A stretch of DNA of 63,946 nt, counting the filler, from Stramenopiles sp. TOSAG23-2 (taxonomy: Eukaryota), in NCBI GenBank assembly GCA_900128395.1. It is 3 parts of 3 records of this genome, joined end to end, with 100 filler letters (N's around TTAATTAATTAA, not from the genome) between each part and the next. Parts side by side here need not be neighbours in the genome. Positions count along the whole stretch, not along the records: positions 1 to 23,667 come from LT649482.1; 2 more parts are not named here. One strand, written 5' to 3'. The notes beneath the pieces were generated by a model. That model was not told the origin of the DNA and did no database searches. It saw nothing but the letters and a program-made list of their open reading frames with translations. Shown here in pieces: positions 11,236 to 23,667 of this stretch (position 1 is the first letter of the stretch; each line of letters opens with the position of its first letter). Made by a program: the position numbers and the translations under genes.

Positions 11236-12408
11236 ATGACATCCTTACAAGTAACAAGATTTATTACTAATGAAGGTACATTAAAATTTGAAGTATCCGA
11301 GTCCAATCTTCCAACAGAAAGTGATTTAAAAGATGATCAAGTATTAATTAAAGTACTTGCCGCGCCAATCAATCCATCCGATATTGGTCCATTATTTGCA
11401 CCGTCATATGGTGGTATTGGTCGATTTGATGGTATCGAGACATCGAAAGATTCAAATGGAAGAGTTACTACAAGTTTACCTATTCCAAAACGAACCTTTA
11501 AAGGAATGCAAGGTTCTAAAATGATTGGCCGTAAAAATAAAGTTGGTAATGAAGGTGCTGGGCGTGTCATTGCAGCAGGTAAAGGTGCAAAAGCACAAGC
11601 ATTAAAAGGGAAGCTTGTTGCATGTATGGGTATGGGCGGTAGTTACTCACAGCATGCTGTTGTCAACGTGGAACAATGTATGGCACATCATGATACCACA
11701 ACACCAGAAGAAGCTGCAAGTTCATTTGTAAATCCATTAACGGCCCTTGGAATGGTGAAAACAATGAAAGCAGAAGGGCATACGGGTATTGTTCATACAG
11801 CAGCTGCATCGCAATTAGGACAAATGCTTGTAAAGATATGCCTTGCTGATAATGTTCCACTTGTTAATATTGTTCGTCGTCCAGCACAGGTAACATTGTT
11901 AAAATCAATTGGTGCAAGATGGGTTGTCAATTCAACTTCCCCAACATATGAAAAAGATTTAGTTCAAGCATTAGTTGAAAGTGGTGCAACAATTGCATTT
12001 GACGCTACTGGTGGTGGTACATTAGCAATGGAAATTATTAAATCCATGGAAGCTGCTGCCAATTTAAAAGGTGGTGCAAAATCTAATTATGGTTCCACTG
12101 TACAAAAGAAATTATATTTTTATGGTGGATTAAATGCTGGAGAGCCAATGTTACTTCGACCATTTGTTATGGGTGGATTTAGTTGGACCATTTCTGGTTT
12201 TTTACTTGGAAGTGGTACAGCAGCAATCACCGACGCCGATAAACAACGTGTTGCGGATGAAATTAAAACAACCTTCGCCACTTCATATGGTAGTAAATTA
12301 TCATTAGAAGATATGTTGAATCCAAATGCTATGAAAGAATACCAAGCACAAAAAAGTAATTCAAAAGCATTAGTTGTACCGCATATGACAAGTGGTAGTC
12401 GTATGTAA
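11236..12408 (+). CDS. MDR-family oxidoreductase (enoyl-reductase / quinone-reductase-like)
   Basis: AAPINPSD, GNEGAG, AASSFVNPLTALGM, HTAAASQLG, FDATGGG; first ATG at 11236. Confidence 0.9.
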   Translation: MTSLQVTRFITNEGTLKFEVSESNLPTESDLKDDQVLIKVLAAPINPSDIGPLFAPSYGGIGRFDGIETSKDSNGRVTTSLPIPKRTFKGMQGSKMIGRKNKVGNEGAGRVIAAGKGAKAQALKGKLVACMGMGGSYSQHAVVNVEQCMAHHDTTTPEEAASSFVNPLTALGMVKTMKAEGHTGIVHTAAASQLGQMLVKICLADNVPLVNIVRRPAQVTLLKSIGARWVVNSTSPTYEKDLVQALVESGATIAFDATGGGTLAMEIIKSMEAAANLKGGAKSNYGSTVQKKLYFYGGLNAGEPMLLRPFVMGGFSWTISGFLLGSGTAAITDADKQRVADEIKTTFATSYGSKLSLEDMLNPNAMKEYQAQKSNSKALVVPHMTSGSRM

Positions 12409-12847
12409 ATATCGTCGAGTGGGGAGGAGAGGGCGAGAGGGCGAGAGAGAGAGTAAAAGTACATACCCGCATGTCATATAAATCGTCTAATGAAAAAAGC
12501 TGTAGCCATTTATTTACAACTTGTATTATTTTTTTTACCTGGTACCGTATATTGTATTATTTATTATTATTATTTTAGTCTAATTTGAATAAGAAAAATA
12601 TATATATATATCATACATGAATACATGTATAATTCTAGGTAAAAAAAGAACAGCAAACAATATACAAGAGTAAATATATACATATAAACATAGATATATA
12701 TAAACATCAAAAGTATTACAAACACGTTGGTTGTCTTTTTTTTTTTGTATCTTTTTTAACGATATACGTAATAATAATACATATATTGATTAAAGAAGCA
12801 ACATATATATATATAAATAAGATTATATATATATATCATCACCAGTC

Positions 12848-14185
12848 ATGTTTGAAATTAATATAATAATATTATTATTAATAATAGTTTTAACATCAAC
12901 TTCCTCCTCGTCTGCAACATCAAGTGCTATTTCATTTCATCATTATAATGCTACAATCAAACGCACGCCATTTTTCATTAAAAAAGATACACCACCATTT
13001 TCAATAACAATAGCAAAAGGTAAATGGCATTATGATAAATGGGGACAACCATGGGATCCAGCACCAGATGGTGTACATGTTTCTACACCAAAACCAAGTG
13101 ATGAGTTGCACCATTTAATAGGATATTTAACTGGTACATCCCTTGCTTTGTTGGATCCTACAAATACAATTTCTATTTTTGACAACAACACTGATGTAAA
13201 TGATGAATTTAATGATTTCATTGTAGAAAACAACATCACCCATGGATTTTTACCACGCGAAGCATTTTGTACTGAAAATTTAATGACTTTAGTAAAATTT
13301 TTACCACATCGCAAATTGCCAATGGATACTTTGAAATATTTTAATAGTTTGTATCATTCCTATCGAATACAACGTAAAGAAGGTGATGGTAATAATTTAA
13401 TATTAACCATAACGATGGTAATAGATGAAAGTACGTCACCACATTTCATCGATAGTGCAAAGAAAGATTTTTCATATACACATAAAATCATTGATGAAAA
13501 AAAAAATATAAATGAATTACCAAAACAACAATATTTGAATCTTGAACGTAGTATTATTGGTTGGGGACAAGTTGATGGACAATTTATAGTGAAATTTACT
13601 AATAGACATGAAAGTAAATCAATTGTTATACATAAATATCATGATATATCGCCATTCTTTTTATTAATAGATTTTGAATCCATAATAATCGACCCATATC
13701 GTTGGATTAGTTGGAAACATATTGAATTTTTACCAGCTATAAATCATGGAACACCAAATCGATTTACATTGAAAAATATTAAAATACCACCTATGGAAAC
13801 TGTGACATATAGATTGTATTTTAAAAAAGTATTTTTACATGTAGATGATTTCCCACCAGATGCAGATCATGGATTGGAAGTATTTAGTAGTTGGGCGGAA
13901 ACATCATTTGAAAATGAAAATGATCTGGACATTGTATATGGCGATGGTTTAATAGTTGTAATGCCAAAACCAGATTTTAGTATGCCATTTAATGTGATAA
14001 CGTTAACATCAACTGTCTTGGCATTTTTATATGGTAGTATTTTCAATGCATTGGTTCGTAAAAAAGGAAAAAAGAAGAGTGATGATGATACAAGTACGAA
14101 TAATAATAAAGACGATGATGGTGTGAAGAAAACGGAGAATGAAACAGCGCAGCCAGAGCTGGAGAAGTTAATTAAAGATGAATAA
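12848..14185 (+). CDS. PIGT: GPI transamidase component PIG-T/Gpi16
   Basis: Signal peptide; LPREAFCTENL, FPPDADHG, PKPDFSMPFNVITLT followed by a C-terminal TM. Confidence 0.9.
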   Translation: MFEINIIILLLIIVLTSTSSSSATSSAISFHHYNATIKRTPFFIKKDTPPFSITIAKGKWHYDKWGQPWDPAPDGVHVSTPKPSDELHHLIGYLTGTSLALLDPTNTISIFDNNTDVNDEFNDFIVENNITHGFLPREAFCTENLMTLVKFLPHRKLPMDTLKYFNSLYHSYRIQRKEGDGNNLILTITMVIDESTSPHFIDSAKKDFSYTHKIIDEKKNINELPKQQYLNLERSIIGWGQVDGQFIVKFTNRHESKSIVIHKYHDISPFFLLIDFESIIIDPYRWISWKHIEFLPAINHGTPNRFTLKNIKIPPMETVTYRLYFKKVFLHVDDFPPDADHGLEVFSSWAETSFENENDLDIVYGDGLIVVMPKPDFSMPFNVITLTSTVLAFLYGSIFNALVRKKGKKKSDDDTSTNNNKDDDGVKKTENETAQPELEKLIKDE

Positions 14186-14364
14186 AAATATTATACATAA
14201 CATATTTTTTATTTAATATTATTTTTTCATTTTTATTATTTTCGTAAATACGTACGCACGTACTTTCGTAGAGATTACGAGTCGTTTTTTTATATTTTTT
14301 AAAAATACATACATAATAATATGATATATTTATGATCAAACTTGGTATCATAATTTACATTTCA

Positions 14365-14955
14365 TCATCGATCCGCCCATTGTTTACCATTTGCTAATAA
14401 AACTTTTTTAATACTAAATGATTTTGGTATTTCATCCTCTTTCGTAACTTCTCTTTCTTCAAAATTGGCATTTTGTATGATAGAACGTGGAGAACCTTTT
14501 GTTGATAACCATTTTTTATACAATTCAATAGACCTGGAAGATCCATATGCTATTCCTTGCACCGTTTTTGATTCTGTATTTTTAATCCAGCCTTTAACTT
14601 TATATTTAATAGCAGCTTCTTTTGCATATTTTCGCATGGAAACACGTTGGACTTTTCCAAAAACTTCAAAATTCAATACGGTCGTGATAGTAGATATTGA
14701 GGAGGAGGAGGAGGACGTAGACATTGATGATGATGATATTGACGATGACGATTTCTTTTTTATCTTCTTCTTCTTCTTCTTTTTATTTAAATTATGATTT
14801 ATCATTTTGGACGTTACTTGATCAATAACGGTTTTTTTCAAAGAAAGTTGTTGATGATGTGTATTATTATTACTTTGATATCGTAATACAAAATAATACA
14901 CGAACAAGAAAAATGCTACGATAATAACAATAATAATACGATTATAGTTTCTCAT
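14365..14955 (-). CDS. Acylphosphatase with N-terminal signal anchor
   Basis: FEVFGKVQRVSMR, GWIKNT, GSPRS; N-terminal TM followed by Lys/Ser-rich linker. Confidence 0.85.
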   Translation of the reverse strand: MRNYNRIIIVIIVAFFLFVYYFVLRYQSNNNTHHQQLSLKKTVIDQVTSKMINHNLNKKKKKKKIKKKSSSSISSSSMSTSSSSSSISTITTVLNFEVFGKVQRVSMRKYAKEAAIKYKVKGWIKNTESKTVQGIAYGSSRSIELYKKWLSTKGSPRSIIQNANFEEREVTKEDEIPKSFSIKKVLLANGKQWADR

Positions 14956-16002
14956 ATATATCCATCAATCGCATTAAAAGATAAACGATTATATCATATA
15001 TATATATGACACAACTTATCTATATTTCTTCTTACCTACAAATGATATATATTTATTTATATGATAATAATTTTTTGCCAGTTGAACTCCAGATACTACT
15101 CGTGGTAATTGTAGTTTTATAACAGGCACACAGCACTCCTTTCAAATATATAACACAAGAATATAAGAAGTATGTGTGTAAATCGATATATATATTATTG
15201 CCAGATGTGCGTCAGAAGAATTATATATCTATACGATAGAAGTAAATATATATACTTATTGGATAATTATGATTTATAATACAAAAATAAAAGAAAACAA
15301 AACTTATCACATCAAGCCCTAAAAGGCAAGCACAAAGCAAATAATTATGGTAATAAACATTATAATAATAAACTGTTCCTGCTTGCAACGATGAACGAAA
15401 ATATTATCAAAAGCATCAGATGACGTATTATTGAAAACAGCATTTGGGACGCTCTTTTAATAAATTGTTCCGTTGTATTTCGTATAAATTTAAATATGTG
15501 TTACAATCTATATTTAATATTTACAAAATTTTTTATTATAATATACATGAATAGATGTGATGCCATATTGTATATATGGAATTGCCATTCGTCTATTATA
15601 ATATATTATTAATAACGGTTTTTATAGACTTTTTTTTAGTAGTTCTCGGAAAGTGCTGACCAGCTGACACGATTTTTTAGTCGGAACACACGACGCTCAG
15701 CCATTCAAAAAAAAAAATGAAATAACCCTAAGATCTAACTATTCGCACATTCCATTTATTTATTATTTTTTCAAACAGTGCAACAAAACTGAAAATGTTT
15801 TTACGAAATACATACATATTAATATGCAAACCATATCAGAAAAAGGGAAGAAAGGATAACGTCGAATTGGTTGTGTGTATGCGTGTATATATATATATTA
15901 TATATACGGAAAGCGAAACAACGGAAAATTTTCTTTTATTTAAGATAGTTTTATTCAATAAATGATTAAGATATATATAATATATGAGAGAAGAATTTAA
16001 CC

Positions 16003-17052
16003 ATGATCCATCCAACCATCCCATGTGAATCAAAATATGAAAAGAAATATGTAAGTGTACTAGGCAAGCAAATGGCATATGTTGAAGGAACAGCGTCTTC
16101 AAGTAGCAATGCAGATACAATTGTTTTTTGTCATGGTAATCCAACAAATTCTTACATGTGGCGCAACGTAATGCCACACTGCGAAGATCTCATAGGACTT
16201 GATGGGGGTAATGTACGCCTCATTGCACCTGATCTAATTGGAATGGGAGCTTCAGATAAGTTAGACAATATTGATGACCTAACACGTTACAATATGAAAG
16301 AGCAGTTCAAGTATTTTTCCGCATTTTTAGAAGCAGTTAACGTTCAGGAACGTGTGACATTAGTGGCTCACTCCTGGGGTGGTACGTTGGCCGCACATTG
16401 GGGTAGCCAACACCCAGAAGCAGTACGTGCCATGGTGATTTTGGAAGTTGTATATGTCCCGTTTCCTTCCTGGGAGCGTGTACCAAAGAAAATCCGTGGT
16501 GGTGTGAAATTAATGTTACGACCACCTTTTAATTGTTGTTGTTGCAAGTTTGACCTTGGTGCTTTTCTCATAATGAAGAAAAATATGATGCTCGAATCCA
16601 TGAAGGATCGAGTGAATCGTACAGATTTTGGAGAAGCAGAGATGAAACATTATAGACAAGGTTTTGAAAAATCACATCCGCAAGGAATTGAATCCCGTCG
16701 CCCTATTCTCTCTTTTGTACGCTCTATCCCTGTTGCTGGTAATCCAGCTGAAGTTGTTGAGATTATGGATTCAGGAAGGATATGGCTTGAGAAAAGCAGC
16801 AAATCCATTCCAGTATTGTTCTTTAGCGTTCAACCTGGTACGATGATGCCAGAGGATAGGGATTTCATTCGTGGATTGGGTGAAAATGTAACAGAGATTG
16901 AAGTGGAAGGTGGACATATGATAACAGAGGATAGCCCGGATGAAGTTGGGGAAGCCATTGTGAAATGGTTTCGGGAAAAAGTAGTTGTAGGAAGTGGTCA
17001 AGGTAATAATAGTAATACATCATCTGTTGGGAATGATAAGAAGAAAGATTAA
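16003..17052 (+). CDS. Haloalkane dehalogenase-family alpha/beta hydrolase with Ser nucleophile
   Basis: HGNPTNSYMWRN, APDLIGMGASDK, AHSWGG (canonical HDWG), MVILE, GGHMITEDSPDEVG. Confidence 0.88.
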   Translation: MIHPTIPCESKYEKKYVSVLGKQMAYVEGTASSSSNADTIVFCHGNPTNSYMWRNVMPHCEDLIGLDGGNVRLIAPDLIGMGASDKLDNIDDLTRYNMKEQFKYFSAFLEAVNVQERVTLVAHSWGGTLAAHWGSQHPEAVRAMVILEVVYVPFPSWERVPKKIRGGVKLMLRPPFNCCCCKFDLGAFLIMKKNMMLESMKDRVNRTDFGEAEMKHYRQGFEKSHPQGIESRRPILSFVRSIPVAGNPAEVVEIMDSGRIWLEKSSKSIPVLFFSVQPGTMMPEDRDFIRGLGENVTEIEVEGGHMITEDSPDEVGEAIVKWFREKVVVGSGQGNNSNTSSVGNDKKKD

Positions 17053-17201
17053 AAATTATTTTTTGTTTTTTTTAAAAAATAAATAAAAAAATACGCGGTT
17101 TCGTACTGGGGAGAAGTCCAAAAGTGTAAAAAATCATACTTTTTCGTAATCTTACGTACATGATACGAGACTTGAATATAATTTTTGTATCATACGAGTA
17201 G

Positions 17202-17267
17202 TTGAGTATTGAGCATATTATTTACCACGGGAAGTAAAATTATTATAACTCTTATAGATTTTAACCA
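17202..17267 (+). repeat. ~65-bp dispersed repeat in convergent intergenic regions (representative copy)
   Basis: TTGAGTATTGAGCATATTA...GAAGTAAAA...TAGATTTTAACCA; also 37228-37293 and 31020-31084 (-). Confidence 0.8.
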
Positions 17268-17365
17268 GTATCATATTTAATATATAAATATTTAAATACT
17301 GCATTTAATTATTATTATATGATACTTTAAATATGTGTGTACGTTCGTATATTATCATGATATTT

Positions 17366-20300
17366 TCATTTTCTACCTGTATTTTGACTTGTATCCTTTT
17401 CTGACAACCACATGTAATGATTGTTGTTAACGTAATATAAAACAATAACATTCTTGTCTGCATTTTGAAAGTTTCTTCCAAATTGAATACCGTTATCTGA
17501 TATTATTTTTATTCGTATTTGAAACATAACTTCAATTAAATATATTTCCGGTTCACCACCCCAAGCTTCTCGGGATATTTTATCTTGGCCAATTCCCAAT
17601 TCAATTCTTTTGCGTATTTCTGTATTTAGGGTCTTTAAAGATATCAAACCACTTCCGGCAATCTTTCGCATTGTCACATTTTCATGATTATCTATTGTTT
17701 CTATCATTAATTTTCGAAGTTCATTTGCACTTTTTACATCACTTATTCCAGGTTCTAGACCTTTCGCTTTGCTAGCTTGAAGAACAGCATTATACAGGCA
17801 ATTTCCATCCCCGTTTACGTTGTTTATTTCGTAGTCTATCTTCATACATCTCAAATTTTTCTTGTCTATTGATTTCAATATTGTTGTAGTATATAATTGA
17901 TAAAAATGACTGTTTTTATCATTTTTTAGATCTTCTTTTATGTGGCCATGCTTTACTAAAAGCTTTATTTTTTCCTCCATGCTATCATCTAAATCATAAA
18001 TTGTGTCGATAGACATGTGCCCATCATCTTTACCACTTTTTCTTTCATCGTCGTCTAAAATCATTGTAAAATAAAACAGGTCTGAAATTACAACATCTGA
18101 AATGACAAATTCTGACAAAGTATCTGGCCAGTTTTTTGGTCCAAACATTTTAATTACCAATGTAGACATCAATTTAGGAATTGTATATACATCGTTCTCA
18201 GTTGATAGACAAACGCATATAATTTTCAAAAGTGGTAATAAAAATGCACACCAGCCCCAAAACACATACCACAATGTGTTGCGTTTTGTGACTTTAAAAA
18301 CACCAAACAGTAGAGAAAAAAAACAAACACAGCCAAATAATACAACCCATAACCATGGAAGAGATACAAAATATAAATCTAATGGGTACTTGTTTATATC
18401 ATTATTTTTGTCGAAAAAGCTTGATTCGAAAATGACACCCATTATGAACAGGGGAATGGCGATTCCAAATACTAAAATTGGTATAAATATTGTCCTACCC
18501 TTCGTACAACAAGAGCAAAATTTATCATACTTAACAATCAAAATAAGGACAGAAAATGCACAAGAAATAAATAATAAATACCAAAGGACGAGATGACTCA
18601 CTTTAATTTCTGCATCATTATATAAGTAAAGGAAAGTCACTGGCAAAATTGTAAGACGAAGTATGGTAGCCAAACCACCAAACATAAGCGAATTAGATAA
18701 TTCGCGCGTTTCTGCGATGTTGTCTTCGGCTAGGAAAAATGCAATACGACCTAAGGTCCAAGGTATACTGATAAGAATAGGAAGAAATACTGTTGCCGAT
18801 TGCGCAAACAATGCCGCTGAAAACCCCATTCTAGTTTGTTTTGTCATTTCATCGCAAAATTTTGAACCACATTGGCTTAGCACTTCATGTAAGTTTAATT
18901 TCTGAACATAGTTTTTTTGGAACCCAACGAACAATGTACCCAGCACACCAATAGCACCAGCTATGGCAAATGCCCTTGAAAACCATAAAAAAGAACGTGG
19001 AGTACCGCACTTATTAGATTCTGGATCTTCATTTTTCTTTAAGACAGGTGTCATTAAATCTGACATCATAGATATAAAGAATAAAACAAAATTGACACAT
19101 GTTATTGTGCCCTGTAATTTCACTGTATCTCCATATTCTGTAACAATTTCATGAAATACAGGAGAATCACTGCGAGTGGTATTCCAACCATAGTTTTCCA
19201 TTACTTCTATTAGATTGGTCCACCCCACTGTCGTTGCATCAATAAAAAAGAGAGGCCAAGCGTCCAAAGCTATAAGTCCCATAAGCAAGGTCCCAAGAAC
19301 TAAGCAGATTCTTCGCCACATAATTCTATCCCCATATATTATTCTATTCACCCTTTCTTTTCTCTCACAGCAAAAAGTCAAGCATGCTGCTTTTTCAGCG
19401 GCGGATGAAACTGCATTTTGAAATTCTCGAAGCCATACACTCTGTGTATCAAAATCATTGTGTTTCAGGTAGTCAAGGAAGATATTATGACTTTTCTCCG
19501 GCGTATGTGCCTCACCAATTTCATTATTTTCAATCTTCGCATTAATTTCTGCAAGTAGTTCCTGAGTTTTCCTTTTCCACACTTCTTCAACGTCTTCAGT
19601 AACCTCTTTTTCTAAGTCTTTTTCAATGTCATTTTTTAAATCCTCTAGTAATTCTTTGTTAGCAGCATCATTTTTCTTATTTTCCCAATTTGTAAATTCA
19701 TTATTTAAGAAATTTCTATTTTGAATTACCATATTTACTATCTTTTTGAATATACTTTCCGTGACGGAAGGTTGTTCAATATATTCATGTAACTCATGGT
19801 ATTTGTCCTTTGAGCTTTCAGTAGCTATGGAAATGTATATAGTCGTTGATTTAAAATAGCCGCATGTTACTATATGTAAAAATGTCGGAATGCAGTCAAC
19901 ACTAATAACTACCCCCTTTAACAAATGCTTATATGTATCGTTTTCCTTAAATAATGTTGTTATTTCTGTTTTAATTTTTCCTTCAATTGTCGGCCCCAGA
20001 AATTTGCCACAAATATCGACTTCAATTTGTATTTTGCGCAACTTCTCTTCTTCTTTTGCTCGTTTAGTCATCAAGATTACTTCTGCTGACTTCATCAACA
20101 TTATGGTCCCCAAAGTAGTTGAAAACATAGTTCCTACCATGACCAAATATAAAAAAAAATCCCCAGGGTAAACATATTTATTAATGCCTTTATCGGGAAT
20201 GTAATTCGGGTTGCTTTGTCGCGTCATATATGCTATCAAACTGGGAGTTAAAAATACTGTCTGTCCAAATATTACACAAATATGCAAAAACATCAAAAGA

Positions 20301-23300
20301 AATTGATATAGATCGCAGCCACCGGTATTACCTGCAATCGTACCGTTGCATAGCCTGCATCTGCCACGATCGGTACATTCGCGAAGACTTTTTGGACAGC
20401 AACATGTCAAGCATCTACAACATCCAGCCCAGTCTCCGCCTTGTACTATCGTCTTCCCTACGACCTGCTCATCATGGTCTTGTACTATAGGTGTTTTGTT
20501 TGAAAAATGACCGTCACTGTTCGCTCCTAGACTAGTTTTATCAGGCAATATTTTAACCTCAATTAGAGCTCCTGTATCTTCGGTGCATTTGGACACTTCC
20601 AGACCAATGTAAACATCTTCCTTTAATTCCACCTTTAACTCATACCCAATTTTATAGCCGAATCCCGGATACGAAATGTCATCAATTATTGCTTTCCCAT
20701 CGCTCACTGTAAGTGACAAAGTAGCCTTTGGCTCCTCCCGCGACAACCGTTTTCTTCTCTTCGCACAGCATGGTGCTGTTAAAAAAAGTAGCCCCAGGGT
20801 ACAACAGAGCGAAATAAACAGTAGTCCATAAAACCCCCCCAAATCTTGGTCACTTTTCTCTTCATTTGAATTCCCTGTTCTGTAAATCATAGACCCAAGC
20901 ACTAAACTAATCATCAAATGAATCAAAAGTATAACAGTAATATTTGGATATATTTTGTTTTTTGCCTGGGAAACTTTCTTTTTCGTCAATTTATAATCTC
21001 TTTCCAACTCCTTATTGATTTTAAAAAAGTTTTTACCATGACCTAAGGGCGAAATATGTAACCACATTTGCACTATGAATATTGTTGTAAAAGACACTAC
21101 ATGTGTCGCAACAAACCACGGTTTGAGCCAACCTACGATAATTTGAAGTGTCATAATTTTACTTGCTTTTGGGGAGACAGCTTCAATTAGTGGATTTTCT
21201 GAAGTATGAGGCTTTGGTACCACTGCATTTGACCATGTGTGCCAAAGAGAAAATGCTTGAAATGCAAAAATGCAGGAGAAATTCAATAAAATTACTGCTG
21301 TAAAAAACATTGATCGTTGAAACGACTTTTTTGACATACTTTCTGCCTTAGATTTTGCAAACATCCACGTCCAAAGGTCATTTGTTACATCTTGGTCACT
21401 GGGTAACAATGACGTTCCTGTATCAGAGCTACTAAGGGCGGTGTAATTGCTATTAATTGCGAAGTTTCTTTTTTGGAGTTCGTAAGCTTTATGATGATGA
21501 TAACAGCAGCCACAACATAAAATCCATTTATAACAGCGGACAATAAGGTATATTAAGAACAGTAGAACCATTCCAAAAATAATCATGTTTTTCCCTACTT
21601 CTTTAGTATGGTTTATGTATACATAAGTTTCAGTTGAATTGAAATAGTGCGCAACAACATCATTGGTACTAAGAAAGTTATTTACTTGAATTTCTATCGG
21701 ATTTTGAATATACCAAAAGATGGCGATACAAATCCAAAATATTACCAACATCAGCGAACAAAAGAATACACTACTTGAAGCATGATCTTTCCACAGATTT
21801 TTGATGTGAGATAATTTGATGGTTTTCCATTTGAGCCATAAATATAGCAATATAACAATAATTGCCACAATTAAAGCGACAATTTCCAACCATAAACCAT
21901 TAAAATGTTTTGGTTCAGGAATTGGAGGTACGGTGGCAGGGCAGGAAGTATACGGAAGCGATTTCCCAAGAAACACTTGTAAATACCCTATTTCTCCATC
22001 GTTAAATTTTTTCACCGACAAACACTGAGAAAGCGAGAAAAGTGTGTGCTTGCAATTACATGCAGGGTCTTTACATTGAAAAATAACCTTTGCAAACCCC
22101 CCTTCCTCCACTACAACTTGACAGTACTCTTTTGAATTACTTCCACTACCACAAAGTTGACAAGCGCCAGAAGAACCTAAGTTTTTAATCTCTTTTGGAA
22201 AAAAGTCTGCATCAGAACAATTTCGATATCTTTTATGTCTTTTCAATCCGCTATTATTAAAAGGCAGAGGGGGATCTCCACCAATCCAGTCCGAAATAAT
22301 AAAATTATCATGCGGTGAAATGGCACCAAATCCTAATGGACACCATGGATGAGCTTGTGTGGCATCATTTTGCGCAAAGAGCAAAACATTACTGTCAGGA
22401 TCGCAAGTGCTAAGAGCTAATGAGAGCTGTGTCGCACAATTTTCACACGTTGGGTTTTCACTAGCTTTTGATGGAGGTACACAATTGAATTTAATTTTAA
22501 AAATGCCATTCTTTTTGGGTTTCCAAATTTGATATCCGCCAGTACCTAGAAATTTTGAAGCGCCAATTGGGGTACGGATGCAAGTGGACATGCTGTTATT
22601 GCTCGCTTGGATTTGAACTATATCGGCCGCAGCACCACTTTCATTTAAATTACATTTACCATTGTTATCCGAAAAAAAACTAAGAAACATTGATCTTGGC
22701 GCGATTGCATTACATGTACAATTCCCTTGCACATCGATTTCAGGCTTTGTTTGACAAACAAATCCTTTAACTATTTTAACTATTTTACCAGCTTTTTTAA
22801 TTTTATAACCAGCACGGCAGACGGATTGATTTGTTGCACAGTATACACCACCGGATTGACATTCTTCATACGATGAGGCACAGCAAACAATTGCATTACT
22901 TTGAATTCTTTGTGTTCGAAGATGTCTGGAATTCGTAACAGATTCAACTGGAGATACCGTAATTTTTGTTGCTGGTTTAGAGATGCAAATGTGCTTTTTT
23001 GGGGGATAATCATGGAGCATTCTTTCAATAACATTATAAATAGGAGCATTGGCGAACTTATAAAATAGTGCAGCATTATTGAGCGCTTGGTAGTCTTTAG
23101 CCACATGACATTTTTCCCATTTACCAGGGTTGGAGCATCTACATTTCCATGTAATCTCAATATAAGGCTCTGTTTGAGCAAGCGAAATTGTTTGCAACTG
23201 TGGATTTGGCACTAAGGGTAATATGGACTGGGGAAATTCTATAAAATCTTGAGCAAGAATTTTATTAATTAAAGGCAACCCATCATTAAGTGAATGCTGA

Positions 23301-23604
23301 ACCAGCATTTTCATCGAACTTTCACCTAAAAATAAAGCATTGGAATTTCGCGCTTGTATAGTAGCACTCGCAGTGGATGCATTCTTGAGTTGAAAAACAA
23401 GTCCCCCGCCATTTTTTTCAAAAGAAATTGACAAATTTTGGGTCACATTGCTCAACGCAGCAAATAGAATTCCGCAATGGGATTTATCTGGTCCAGTCAA
23501 GGGTCCAATACATGACTTAGTTGACGCGTCAATACTCAGTAGCTTACAAGACAATGTCATGTTTAGTTGTTCCTCCCTAACTATTACTCCCGCTGCGTGG
23601 CTTG
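17366..23604 (-). CDS. Giant multi-pass membrane protein with Cys-rich ectodomain and C-terminal OTU cysteine protease; 5' truncated
   Basis: >2000 codons without a stop; about 16-18 hydrophobic segments; C-terminal VNGDGNCLYNAV...WGGEPEI...LYYVNNNHY. Confidence 0.85.
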
Positions 23605-23667
23605 ATGTTACTGAGGATTTAAAAAATGACATTGAAAAAGACTTAGAAAAAGAGGTTACTGAAGACG

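Noticed and set aside
23605-23667. Inverted copy of 19590-19645 at the contig end, giving the giant ORF its 'MSFFKSS' start
   Set aside because: Exact short inverted copy at a contig tip, typical of amplification chimeras; the real N-terminus is missing
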